64,000 bases of DNA, taken from contig CAWCKY010000004.1 in assembly GCA_963796275.1 (NCBI GenBank), positions 672,001 through 736,000 on the forward strand, given 5' to 3'. The DNA is from an uncultured Acidobacteriota bacterium. GTDB taxonomy: Bacteria > Acidobacteriota > Blastocatellia > RBC074. The position numbers and the translations under genes were made by a program. The notes under the pieces are model-generated. The model was not told where the DNA came from and ran no database searches. It saw only the letters and a list, made by a program, of their open reading frames with translations. Below, in pieces: positions 1 through 10,772 of the stretch; position 1 is the first letter of the stretch; every line of letters starts with the position of its first letter.

Positions 1-13
1 AACGATTGGTCAT
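1..13 (-). CDS. 5' end of a gene running off the window edge (MTNR...)
   Basis: Minus strand reads GAGGAACAAAATGACCAATCGTT: RBS plus ATG just downstream of the sulfatase; only 4 codons visible. Confidence 0.35.
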
Positions 14-65
14 TTTGTTCCTCGAGTTTTGGTTATCATCAAATGTGCTTCGGATGTGAAGTATG

Positions 66-1460
66 TCATTTTTTTTCGCCCCAGACTTTCGGTGATTTGA
101 AATCCGGCGCCTTCGGTTTGCTCTTCGGCGGAATAGCCTGCGCCGCCATCCGGTCATAGCGCGCTTGCAGATCCTTCACTTTGTCGGGGTGGCTCTTGGC
201 CAGGTTATTTTTCTCGTACGGATCGCTGACCAGGTTATATAACTCTATTGACAAGCGCCCGGCTTTCCCGTCATTTTCATCGTCTTCACCGGAATTAACA
301 TCGCCGGTCAGCACCAGCTTCCAATCGCCAACCCGGATCGCTCCTGATTTCGGGGCCGCGTTGAGCAGAATCTCCTGATGAGGCGAGGTCTTGCCTTCCG
401 CAATCGTCGACCAGGCATCGTTACCATCTACCGGCAGTTTCTGCTTAAGCGAACCGCCCGCCAGTTTGAGGAGCGTTGGATACCAGTCCACGGCGTGCAG
501 CGGCTGATTGACGACAGTGCCGGGTTTGATGCGGCCCTCCCAGGAGACGCAGGCGGCCACGCGTACTCCGCCCTCATACAGCGTCCCTTTCCCCGCGCGC
601 AACGGCCCATTGTCAGTCACGCGTCCCGGCGCCGGGCCTCCGTTATCGCTCGAGAAGATGATGATCGTGTTTCGCCGCAGCCCTTTCTCACCGAGAGCCG
701 CGACGATCTGCCCGATGGCTTCGTCCATCGCCGCCAGCATCCCGGCGTATGTTCGGCGTGGCTCCGATAATTGCGTATATGGCGTTATGTATCTCTCAGG
801 AACCTGATGCGGCGCGTGGACCGCGTTGAACGGCACGTAAAGGAAAAACGGTTGTCGACTGGCTGTCCCTTCGATGAATTTCACAGCGTCTTTGGCGATT
901 AGCTGCGTGCTGTAACCTTCGTCATAACTCGCATTGTCGTCGCGATGCCAGTCGTGCCCTCCATCGCGGTCGTGACGGAAATAATCGATCGCCCCATTGT
1001 AATGGCCGTACTGATGATCGAAGCCGCGGGCGGTCGGCAGGTAAGCCCGCTCGAAGTGCCCCAGATGCCACTTGCCGGCGATCGCGGTCGCGTAACCGGC
1101 CTCTTTCAACGCCTGCGGGAGCGTACGTTCATCCAGCGGCAGTCCGTATTGCGCCCACGGCCTGACCACGCCGACCTGCAACCCATGGCGCATCGGGTAT
1201 CGCCCCGTCATCAGAGCGGCGCGTGTAGGCGAACAGACCGGCTGCACGTAAAATTGGTCCAGCCGCGCGCCACTCGCCGCCAGCCTATCGATGTTGGGCG
1301 TTTTGATCTCCTTGCCTCCGTTGAATCCCACATCCGCGCGCCCCAGATCGTCGGCTAGAATGATGACGATATTCGGCTTGTTCGGCTGCGTCTGCGGATA
1401 GCCGGGAATACTCCCGAAGCTCATCGCGATAAAAAGAGCTAGAAACACGTGCCTCATCAT
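66..1460 (-). CDS. arylsulfatase (Cys-type formylglycine sulfatase), exported
   Basis: PNIVIILADDLG, CSPTR (CxPxR), GKWHLG, SDNG, KGTLYEGGVR motifs; signal peptide from ATG 1460, preceded by GGAGG RBS. Confidence 0.93.
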   Translation of the reverse strand: MMRHVFLALFIAMSFGSIPGYPQTQPNKPNIVIILADDLGRADVGFNGGKEIKTPNIDRLAASGARLDQFYVQPVCSPTRAALMTGRYPMRHGLQVGVVRPWAQYGLPLDERTLPQALKEAGYATAIAGKWHLGHFERAYLPTARGFDHQYGHYNGAIDYFRHDRDGGHDWHRDDNASYDEGYSTQLIAKDAVKFIEGTASRQPFFLYVPFNAVHAPHQVPERYITPYTQLSEPRRTYAGMLAAMDEAIGQIVAALGEKGLRRNTIIIFSSDNGGPAPGRVTDNGPLRAGKGTLYEGGVRVAACVSWEGRIKPGTVVNQPLHAVDWYPTLLKLAGGSLKQKLPVDGNDAWSTIAEGKTSPHQEILLNAAPKSGAIRVGDWKLVLTGDVNSGEDDENDGKAGRLSIELYNLVSDPYEKNNLAKSHPDKVKDLQARYDRMAAQAIPPKSKPKAPDFKSPKVWGEKK

Positions 1461-1598
1461 TTTAATTTCCTCCGTCAATTGGCGCAGCTCAGACCGCGCG
1501 CTATGAGTGCTCTGAAAGCGCACAAGCTCTCGGCCATTGTTTTGCGGGCAGTAGCGGTTCGCACACCGGAACAATGCGAGACCCTGACGCCCTTCCTC

Positions 1599-3626
1599 TC
1601 ATTCGCTATCGCGCCAGCGTTCGGTGCGCACGTTGCGCCCGGTGCGATTTTGCTGTCCGCCGCGCGGAGTAATTCCCAGCTGGTCCAATATGTGCTCTAC
1701 CAGCCTCGGGATGTAGCCATTCGTGCGCTGATCCGCTAACGATCCCTGTTGTGGCATGGCCTTAATCAGGTCAGCCAGGCTGGCAGCCTTTTTGCCCAGC
1801 ACATCCACCGCATTGAGAGCCTCCATCGAAGCGAACAACCCATTCTTATCCGGAGGCATCAATTCACGCAGTACGGTTAAGGTAAGCTTCAGATCATCGT
1901 TGGAACCGTGCAATCCCAATGCCCTTGCGGACGCGATTCGGACGGCTGGCGCTTCATCCTTCAATGCCTCGCGCAACTCGGCGCGCGTACGCGCGACCGC
2001 ATTCCGGCCACGAATCAGCAGACCCATCGCCGCCCAATAACGCACGCCGCTGTCGTTGTCTTTCAACCCATCACGGAGTTGCGATACCGCATCAGGGTTC
2101 ATCATCGATGCCAGGTCAGCCATGGCCAGGATTTTTTCGAGCGGATATTTCTCCGGGTCGTGGCCGAGATCGTACATCGTCATTCCGATTGACCTGCGAT
2201 GCTGTTCGGATTCCGGCAGGAATCCGACATCGCGAATCTTCAGCGCGAGCGCCCTCTGCGCCGCGCGCAGCTTGGTCAGCGTGGTCCGGTGTCTGGGCGA
2301 AGCGGCGAGATTCTTCACTTCGTCACGATCATTCTGCAAATCGTAAAGCTCCTCTGCCGGCTTCTTCTCCCAGAAATAGGTCTGAGGTCGTTTCAGCCTT
2401 CCCTCGTCGTAAAGCCGCCGCCAGACGCGCGTCGTCGGAGTCTGGAACATGTAATCCAGGTATTGCCCGTAGATCAGGTGCGGCATGTAATTGCGAATGT
2501 ATACGAACTGCCCGTCGGTCACGCTGCGCACCAGGTCATAACGTTCGTCCATACGGCCACGAAAGCCATAAACAAAGGGTTGCGGCGGCGCTTGATGCCT
2601 ACCCATAAAGGCATGGCCCTGCAACCATTGGGGCGGCCTGAGGCCGGCGAGACTGAGGACAGTCGGCGCCAGATCAACGAAGCTGACCAGCCGGTCAGAC
2701 TTGCCTCCCGCTTTGTATTCGGGCGGGGCGAGATGTTTGAACTTCTCCGGTATGTATACGATGAGCGGCACTTGCAGGCCGGAGTTATAGGGCCAGCGTT
2801 TGTTGCGCGGCATGCCCGATCCGTGATCGGCGTAGTAAAAAACTATGGTCTCTCCGGCCAGACCATCGTCAGCAAGCTCCTTCAAACGCATGCCCGCATC
2901 CGCGTCTGCTTCGCTCACAACATCGTAATACTGCGCCCAATCCTGCCGGACCTCGGGCGTGTCGGGGTGATAGGCGGGGATAGGCGCCTGCGCCGGATCG
3001 TGAATCGGCTTATGCGGGCGGATGCGGATTTGGCTCTCGTGGCTCTTCGTGGAATTGAAAACGGCGAAAAAGGGCTGACTCTCCGCGCGCTTTCGCCAAT
3101 GTGCCCTTGGCGAAGACTCGTCCCAGACCCGGCTGGCCTCTCTTGCCTCGTTTGCCCCATTTGCCCCGTTTGCCCCGTTTGGTGGTTCGAGGTTGTAATC
3201 TTCTTTGGCATTATTCGTGCAGTAATAACCGGCCTGGCGGAGCAGCTGCGGGAACATTTGTTTCCCCCGCGGATACTGAATGCGGCTGCGCATATGCTCG
3301 CTGCCGGTCGACGGCGGATACATTCCCGAAATGATGGTGGTGCGGGCCGGCGCGCAGACCGGGGCGTTCGACCACGCCAGCCTGTAAAGCATCCCTTTTG
3401 CCGCCAGCCCATCAACATTCGGCGTAGTCGCGAAGCGGTCGCCGTAACATCCGAGGTGCGGGCCGTGGTCTTCGCTGGTGATCCATAAGATGTTGGGTAG
3501 CTGTTCTGCAGCGCCGTCGTGTCGAGCCGGAAGACTAAATAATCCGGCGGCCAGAACCAGACTGCAACCAAATATTCTGAGCAATATTCTGAACATCGGA
3601 TCGGTCTGCTTATTTCTATTATTCAT
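1599..3626 (-). CDS. sulfatase with C-terminal HEAT-like repeats, exported
   Basis: PNILWITSED, CAPAR, ADHG motifs; C-terminal LKDNDSGVRYWAA / LKDEAPAVRIASARAL repeats; N-terminal hydrophobic leader. Confidence 0.9.
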   Translation of the reverse strand: MNNRNKQTDPMFRILLRIFGCSLVLAAGLFSLPARHDGAAEQLPNILWITSEDHGPHLGCYGDRFATTPNVDGLAAKGMLYRLAWSNAPVCAPARTTIISGMYPPSTGSEHMRSRIQYPRGKQMFPQLLRQAGYYCTNNAKEDYNLEPPNGANGANGANEAREASRVWDESSPRAHWRKRAESQPFFAVFNSTKSHESQIRIRPHKPIHDPAQAPIPAYHPDTPEVRQDWAQYYDVVSEADADAGMRLKELADDGLAGETIVFYYADHGSGMPRNKRWPYNSGLQVPLIVYIPEKFKHLAPPEYKAGGKSDRLVSFVDLAPTVLSLAGLRPPQWLQGHAFMGRHQAPPQPFVYGFRGRMDERYDLVRSVTDGQFVYIRNYMPHLIYGQYLDYMFQTPTTRVWRRLYDEGRLKRPQTYFWEKKPAEELYDLQNDRDEVKNLAASPRHRTTLTKLRAAQRALALKIRDVGFLPESEQHRRSIGMTMYDLGHDPEKYPLEKILAMADLASMMNPDAVSQLRDGLKDNDSGVRYWAAMGLLIRGRNAVARTRAELREALKDEAPAVRIASARALGLHGSNDDLKLTLTVLRELMPPDKNGLFASMEALNAVDVLGKKAASLADLIKAMPQQGSLADQRTNGYIPRLVEHILDQLGITPRGGQQNRTGRNVRTERWRDSE

Positions 3627-3812
3627 AAAACGGCTCGCCCTTCTGTTTTACGAGAGTTACTTACCGGCGCTGCGGCGCTAGAACGCGGCGCTAGAACATG
3701 GTTGAAAAGCTCGAAATCAGGTGCACTGGCGAAAAGTAAAACCGCATGTGAGTTTGCGTCGTTATTTTAGAACATTCAGTCATTAAAGCCACTAAATCGA
3801 AACAACGAACAA

Positions 3813-3901
3813 TGGTGCATACGGAAGCGTGAGCGACCGTTGCCTGCGGGAATGGGAGATTCATCAAGGCTCAGGTTCGCTAAGGCTCCCCACACTGCAC
3901 C
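3813..3901. repeat. degenerate palindromic intergenic element
   Basis: GGTGCA...TGCACC ends enclosing GGAAGCGTGAGCGACC...GGTTCGCTAAGGCTCCC imperfect inverted repeat. Confidence 0.4.
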
Positions 3902-4220
3902 GGCGGTATATGCCACCGATGTTGTCTGGTTTGATTTATTAGTTACTCGATTGGCGTTGGCAGAGAGCGGAAGATTACTGATAATGGCGTTTCAGATTTC
4001 AGTTTTTTAGTTTTCAGATTAAAGTAATCGATCATTCTCACAAAATTACAAAATACATGGATGGGATATTCTCTTCTAGATTTTCATCGGCAATTTTGTG
4101 GTGAACATTATCCCATCATTAAATGAAATCTGAATTAAATGAAGCACCGGGGATAGACGCTCAGCGCGTTAAGCTACGATAAGCATCACACAAATCACAC
4201 CAGTTTAGGAGGAAGAATAC

Positions 4221-6885
4221 ATGTCGAATGTGTCTAGAATCACCCTGTTTCGAGCAGCCACGCTGACCGCGATCTGTCTGATCGTTGCATTCGGAATACT
4301 GAAGATAGGTGGGCCCGGCATTTCCACACATGCACAATCAAACACGAATTATAGGTGGCGAAATGTGACGATCAACGGAGGCGGTTATGTCCCCGGCATC
4401 GTCTTCAATACGAAGGAACCGAACCTCATCTATGCCCGCACCGATATAGGCGGAGCGTACCGTTGGGATGAAGAGACCCAGAGTTGGATTCCGCTGATGG
4501 ATTTCATCAGCCGTGATGACTGGAACCTGACCGGAGTCGACACTCTGGCCACCGATCCGGTCGAACCGAACCGCCTCTATATTCAAGGCGGAACTTACAC
4601 CAATGAATGGACTAATCAGAACGGCGCCATCTATCGCTCAATTGATCGGGGCAACACTTTTCAACGTACCGACCTGCCATTCAAGGCTGGAGGCAACATG
4701 CCCGGCCGATCGATGGGTGAGCGCCTGGCAATCGATCCCAACCGGAACAGCATTCTCTATCTGGGCGCGCGCAGCGGAAACGGCCTGTGGCGGAGTACCG
4801 ATTACGGCGCGACGTGGTCGAAAGTCAACAGTTTCCCCAACGCGGGAAATTATATAGAGAGCCCCGACAGTTCATACACGAGCGATAACCAGGGCGTGGT
4901 GTGGGTGACCTTCGATCCGCGAACCGGGACTCACGGAAATCCGACCCAGACCATCTACGTTGGCGTTGCGGATATGGCCACCAGTATATATCGCAGCACA
5001 GATGCCGGCGCCACATGGGAGGCGGTACCGGGTCAACCGTCGGGATACCTGCCACATCACGGCAAATTGGCATCAACCGGCATGCTGTATATTAGTTACA
5101 GCGATGGTGGCGGCCCATACGATGGCGAGAAGGGCGACCTCTGGAAGTACGACACGGCGAACGCCACATGGACGAACATCAGTCCCGTACCATCGAGCAG
5201 CAGCGATAATAATTTTGGGTACGGCGGCCTGACGATCGATGCGCAACATCCCGACGTAATCATGGTCGCAGCTCTGAATTCCTGGTGGCCGGATACCATC
5301 TTTTTCCGCAGCCTGAACGGTGGTGCGACCTGGACCAGAATCTGGGACTGGGCGGACTATCCCAATCGGACGCTACATTACACGCAGGATATTTCGGCAT
5401 CGCTCTGGTTGAGATTCAACACGGAGACGGTTCTACCGGAACTCTCGCCGAAGCTGGGCTGGATGGTGAGCGCTCTTGAGATCGACCCGTTCAACTCCGA
5501 CAGATTGATGTACGGCACCGGCGCTACTCTCTACGGCACGAATAACCTCACAGAATGGGATTCAGGCCGTCAAATCGACATCAAGGTTATGGTGCAGGGG
5601 CTGGAAGAGACTGCTGTGCTGGACATTATCAGCCCGCCGACCGGCGCGCACCTGCTCAGCGCTATGCTAGATATCACGGGATTTCGGCACGACGACCTGG
5701 GTGTTGCGCCTGCCCGGATGTTTGACGACCCGCGGGACACGCCTCTCTTTCTGGACTATGCCGAACGCAGCTCGAACTTCATCGTCCGTGTAGGCGAGGG
5801 CAACGCCAATCATATCGCCTTCTCTTTAGACGGCGGCATTACGTGGGCGCCGGCGAATACCGAACCGGCTGGCGCAACCGGCGGATCGGTCGCGGCGGCA
5901 GCCGATGCCAGTCGAGTCGTGTGGAGCCCGGCGGGCGCCGCGGTATCGTTCTCGACCAACAATGGCGCCTCCTGGACAGCATCTGTGGGGATTCCCGCAG
6001 GAGCCCGGGTGAGCTCCGACCGGGTCAATCCGATGAAATTTTATGGGCTCGCCAACGGCACATTCTATGTCAGCACAAACGGCGGTGCGAATTTCACCGC
6101 GACAGCAGCAACCGGGCTTCCGGATTTCGCCAGGTTCAAAGCCATTCCGGGGCGAGAGGGAGACATCTGGCTGGCTGGCGGCGGAAGCGGCCTTTGGCAT
6201 TCGGTAAACGGCGGGGCGACATTCAACAGGCTGGGAGATGTCGAGGAAGCCGCCGTCATCGGATTCGGCAAGCCCGCGCCGGGACGAAGTTATATGGCGC
6301 TCTTCACACTGGCCCGGATCAATGGAATTCAGGGCATCTTCCGTTCGGATGATGCGGGAAGGTCGTGGATTAGAATTAACGATGACCGGCACCAGTTCGG
6401 AACATCGGGTGAGTCCATCACCGGAGATCCCGCGCGTATATGGGCGCGTTTATATAGGCACAAACGGTCGCGGAATCATACAGGGTGACAATCACGGACC
6501 CAATGGCGGCTGCACCGTTACCCCGGTGGTCTATGCGAACACGCCCTGGTACAACGAACAGGTTATCCGATTGGAAAATGGCGGAAGCGTGGATATCACA
6601 GCGCTCTCGGTCACGATCACCATTCAGCGCACCGGGGGCTTGAACCACACGGGCCAGTACAACAATGTGGGCGGGAGCCAGATTCTGCAGAGCCATAGCA
6701 GTACGGCAACGGCGATGTCCTACCAGTTCACACTTGCACCCGGACAAACGCTGAGAGCGGGCAGCAATTTCGCGTTCGCCGCTCAAACCGGCGGTTCAGG
6801 TACCGCGCACCCGATAAACGGGGATACGTACACCGTGAATTATAAAGCCGGCGGCACGAGCTATACGCTGACTGGCAGCTTCTAA
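4221..6885 (+). pseudogene. GH74 xyloglucanase-like enzyme with C-terminal beta-rich domain; +1 frameshift near 6430 (real or sequencing error)
   Basis: GGGYVPGI, ARTDIGGAYRW, GRSMGERLAIDP and many SxDxGxTW (BNR) repeats; ITGDP is in one frame and RVYGRVYIGTNGRGI continues in the frame of ORF 6238..6885. Confidence 0.88.
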
Positions 6886-6913
6886 CTGGTGATCCAGATG
6901 CGAGGTAGTTAGC

Positions 6914-7112
6914 GAAGGAGGATTTGAGATTTGAATCTGCTGACTGGCGGATTTATGGATTTGACATTTGGGGCGCCAGCGGCGCGCAAATCCGCAGCAG
7001 GGGCTGATCACAGAATCCGTGCGGTCAGGAAATTTGAGTTTGAGATTCGCCCGAGAATCGGTCTTTCAGTGCGAATCTCAAATTTCAAATCGGATGTCTC
7101 AAATCCTTCTTC
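6914..7112. mobile_element. MITE-like element with 16-bp terminal inverted repeats and internal ATTTGAG-type repeats
   Basis: GAAGGAGGATTTGAGA ... TCTCAAATCCTTCTTC (15/16 complementary); internal GAAATTTGAGTTTGAGATTCGC ... GCGAATCTCAAATTTC palindrome. Confidence 0.55.
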
Positions 7113-7290
7113 GAGGACCGAGCGGCTACGGATGCTCGAAGCCGAGGGATGGGTGTCGCGGGACTACAAACCCACTATCCCGCCGGAGGTTACTTATGCC
7201 ATAACAAAAAAGGTGCTGGAGTTGGACGGCGTGATGATCGAACTCGACCGGATCGCCGAACGGTGGTACGGGAAAGGTCGGGGTTCGTAG
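7113..7290 (+). pseudogene. 3' half of an HxlR-family winged-helix regulator
   Basis: TERLRMLEAEGWVSRDYKPTIPPEVTYAIT matches the HxlR wing motif; the N-terminal helices are absent and replaced by repeat sequence. Confidence 0.75.
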
Positions 7291-7638
7291 ATTATCTCGG
7301 CTGAAAAATACCCGGGCGACGTCGAACCAGCTGCTGAACCTGATCGAGACTGCCATCCTACCTTCGCGCGGCATCACGATCTTAGAACTCGAGCGCTTTA
7401 ACCGGTGTTTTAAGAGAAAGGGCGGAGACGGTGGATGTCCTCTTCGGCGATTGCCAAGATGTTTTTTCAGCGAGAAAAGACTCACTCGATGCGCTTGATT
7501 GATGCCGCGCGGCAGGTCTCTGAGACGACTGGCAGTCACGACTTTATTTACTCGTGTTTTTCTCAGGCAGGGCAAAATGCGAAATGAGGCGTGCCGCGCC
7601 TCCGTAGCAGGCGTTTACAACAGTCGTTAAACACAATG

Positions 7639-10422
7639 TCAGAATTTGAAGCGTATTCCGGCCCAGGCCCCGCGAGGCGCTCCCGGCGCTAGAAAGGTTG
7701 CGTGTTGGAGTGGGAATTCACCATCAACCGCCGCAAACGGCTGCGCAATGAAGTTGCCCTCCGCGGTAAATCCGGTCGGACCCAGTTGCGCGCCCGTGTA
7801 ATACCGCCTGTTGAATAGATTGTTGATGCGGACGAACAGTTCGAGTCGCGGCTGTATCTGATAGCGTGCTCCCAGATGGGCGACCGTGTATGCGGGTGAG
7901 GTGCCGGAGCCGATGTAATATGTCCCATCAGGCTCGTGCTCATTGTTCTCATTGCCCCGCGCGTAGGAACTCGAGAGGGCCAGCACACCGAAATTAACGG
8001 AGAATTTTGAGGTGGCGCGCAGATCGGTAAAAACCTTGAGCAGATGTTGCGGGATGAGCGGGATTCGCGCACCCGGCACAATTTCGATCAATCCGTCGAG
8101 ACCCGGCGCCGCGGCATCGCTGCTGCTGTTGCTTGAACCGTTGACGCTCTCTTCGCTTTGATAGGTAGCGTCGAGAAAGGTGTAATTGCCGCCCAGGCTG
8201 AAAAGCCATATGCGCGTGTTGATGCCCGCTTCCAATCCCTCACGCCGCGTTTTACCGAAGTTCCGGAAATAGCCGAAACCGGTCTGTTCCGACGAGACGA
8301 AAAGTATGTCATTGCGGTTTTCACCGCGGAACAATCCGATATTCCAGCTCACGCGGCTCTCCTCGCTGCTGCGAATCCCGGCTTCGATCGTGCGCGCGAC
8401 GACTTGCTCGAGCGGCGGATCGCCAGCCATCGCATTGGGCAATTTGCAAGGCTCCTCTGGGTCAGCGCAACCGAGTTCGACGGATGTCGGCGCACGGCTG
8501 CCTTCGCTGTAACTGGCATAGGCATTCAGGTATCGCACGGGTCTGAATGTGAGGCCGACCGCCGGGTTGAATCGATCGAATTTATGGCGCCCGTCGAGCG
8601 ATCCCGGACCGCCGCCGGGCATGATGCGATCACGGTTATCTATCGTAGTCCGGTTATAACGTCCCGAGAGCGTAACGTTCAGTCGGTCGCTCACAGCCAG
8701 CGTGTCGGTAGCGTAAAAGCTAAACGTTCGAATACGCCCATTGAGATCGACACGCGTATCAAAAGGTTCACCATCCGCTTCGCCGCCGGTCACGCCATCT
8801 CCATACGAATCGACGCCGGTCACGCTGCGATCAGGATTGAGATAACCCAGTTGGGTGGTTTGCCGGAAATTCAGATGGCTGCGGTCATAAACTGTTCCCG
8901 CCGTCATCTGGTTGCGATGGCCGTGCGGAAAGCCCACCCACGTCAGTTGCCATGCTGTTCCGTAATTATATTGGTCACCGCGCGTGCGGTTGAGGAGCCC
9001 GTTGCAGTTCTCAGCGGGCTCGTCTCTTTGCAACGATTGTGCGATGCAACGCCAGGACGGGAAAGGCGAATTCGCCGCCGTCTCACCGCTCTCCGGGAAT
9101 CCGGTATAACCCGCAGCCGCCAAAGCCTCGCGGTCGTCCGCGCTCGGTTGATAGACCGGCTGATCTAATGAATCTTCGTTGATGTCGCCGTTCAGCGTAT
9201 TGGCGCGGATGGCACGGTAATATGCGTTGCCGGAGACCGTCATTCTCGTATTGAGTCCGTGCCGGACGCTGAAGTTGAAAAATGGAGCGCGATTGGCGGT
9301 AATATCCGGTTTTGTATATATGCTGGCGTAATCGCGACTGAGAAATCGTTGCTCTTGTAGCCCGTTGCCGATGAGAGAATTGTTGGCGAAAGCCGCGGTA
9401 AAGCCGATCATTGTACGGTCGCGTTGCCGCCCCACCTTGCCGAAGAATTGGCGAACGTTCGAAGGCGAATCTGTGCGCCAACCATCTTCGAAGAAGAAGC
9501 TGCTTGCGAGATACCAGTGAAAACCGCCGGCGTTAGAGCCGCCGTGTTCGACATCGGCGCCCAGACGTCCGAAACTCCCGCCGCCCAGTTCCATTGCGGT
9601 GCCGTGCGCATTACGCCCATCTTTCGTCTGGATTGAGACTGCGCCGCCGAGAGTGTTCAAACCGAAAAGCGGATTCGAACCCGGCGAGAGCGCGACTTCT
9701 GAGATCGCAATTCGTGGGATAAGGTCCCAACCGACTACATCGCCAAACGGCTGATTGAGCCGCACACCATCCAGATAAACGGAAAGCCCCTGCGGCGTTC
9801 CCAGCAGCGGTGATGCGGTGTAGCCGCGATAATTGAGGTCGCCCTGATAGGGGTTTCCTTGAATCTCATTCAAGTGGACGCCTTTGAGACGACGATTCAG
9901 AAAATCGGAAATATCGAGCGCATTGCTGGCCCGAATATCACCCACCTGCGCGGCCTGTACCGGCGCTGGTATCTCATCGGCCGCGAGATCGCTGCCGGCT
10001 AAGGGAGTGGATGCAATAACGTCCACGCTGAACGCCAGACTACTCACGGTCAGCGTAACAGTGCGTGTAACGGCAGTCGTTGATTCCACATCGATCAATA
10101 AAGACTGCGTGGCAAATCCGTCGCAGCCGACTTCCAGCCGGTACCGTCCGAAAGGCAATCTATCCAGAATATAGCTGCCTTGCGAATCGGTCCGAAAACT
10201 CCGCTCGATCCCGGTGGTAAGATTGAACAGCTTTCCCGCCGCCGCGACCGCCTTTCCCGATGGATCCCTTACTTCCAGATGGAATTCGCCGGTCGGGATT
10301 TGAAAGAGCCCGATGGTCGCGTCGCTCGCGAAAACACTGACCTTGTGCTGTATGTAGCTCTGCATCAAAACGGGACCGCTCGTGAGCGAATATAAAAGCA
10401 AACCTAACAATCCGTTGCTCAT
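7639..10422 (-). CDS. TonB-dependent receptor with N-terminal carboxypeptidase-regulatory-like domain
   Basis: Plug (LNYRG...[27 protein letters not shown]), barrel strands, INNLFN, C-terminal aromatic (GIRFKF). Confidence 0.93.
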   Translation of the reverse strand: MSNGLLGLLLYSLTSGPVLMQSYIQHKVSVFASDATIGLFQIPTGEFHLEVRDPSGKAVAAAGKLFNLTTGIERSFRTDSQGSYILDRLPFGRYRLEVGCDGFATQSLLIDVESTTAVTRTVTLTVSSLAFSVDVIASTPLAGSDLAADEIPAPVQAAQVGDIRASNALDISDFLNRRLKGVHLNEIQGNPYQGDLNYRGYTASPLLGTPQGLSVYLDGVRLNQPFGDVVGWDLIPRIAISEVALSPGSNPLFGLNTLGGAVSIQTKDGRNAHGTAMELGGGSFGRLGADVEHGGSNAGGFHWYLASSFFFEDGWRTDSPSNVRQFFGKVGRQRDRTMIGFTAAFANNSLIGNGLQEQRFLSRDYASIYTKPDITANRAPFFNFSVRHGLNTRMTVSGNAYYRAIRANTLNGDINEDSLDQPVYQPSADDREALAAAGYTGFPESGETAANSPFPSWRCIAQSLQRDEPAENCNGLLNRTRGDQYNYGTAWQLTWVGFPHGHRNQMTAGTVYDRSHLNFRQTTQLGYLNPDRSVTGVDSYGDGVTGGEADGEPFDTRVDLNGRIRTFSFYATDTLAVSDRLNVTLSGRYNRTTIDNRDRIMPGGGPGSLDGRHKFDRFNPAVGLTFRPVRYLNAYASYSEGSRAPTSVELGCADPEEPCKLPNAMAGDPPLEQVVARTIEAGIRSSEESRVSWNIGLFRGENRNDILFVSSEQTGFGYFRNFGKTRREGLEAGINTRIWLFSLGGNYTFLDATYQSEESVNGSSNSSSDAAAPGLDGLIEIVPGARIPLIPQHLLKVFTDLRATSKFSVNFGVLALSSSYARGNENNEHEPDGTYYIGSGTSPAYTVAHLGARYQIQPRLELFVRINNLFNRRYYTGAQLGPTGFTAEGNFIAQPFAAVDGEFPLQHATFLAPGAPRGAWAGIRFKF

Positions 10423-10772
10423 GGATCGTGTTGACCTTTCGGTAATTGTGCGTCGGCGATGCCTAATTCGAAACAGCCCTTCCCCTCGAGGACTATAGTT
10501 GCACCATGGGGTAGCGCTTCAGCTGTGCAACATTTATTTCTTTTTTTTCTCTTTTTTATCTCGAGTACTCTTTAGAATTAGAAATAAACACCAAATAGCC
10601 ATCAAAGTAAATACGTTAGAGACGTCGCCTACTCGATCGCCACGGATCTGCATATCCGCCTTTCTCGATCGCGGAGCGCATATAAATTCTACACGCCCGG
10701 CGCTGCACGGACATTTATCGCTCTGATATTGAAACCTGCCCGCACTCAAAGGGCCGGGTTCGCCTTCGCAAT

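Noticed and set aside
2199-3488. Long antisense ORFs (this one, 8158..9168, 18419..19330, 46135..47001, 51932..52879 and others)
   Set aside because: They shadow well-supported genes on the opposite strand and show no recognisable motifs; expected in GC-rich coding DNA.
10440-10535. GTTGCAC...GTGCAAC hairpin upstream of the TonB receptor as a cobalamin or TPP riboswitch
   Set aside because: No B12 box or TPP core motifs could be identified; may be an operator but unsupported.
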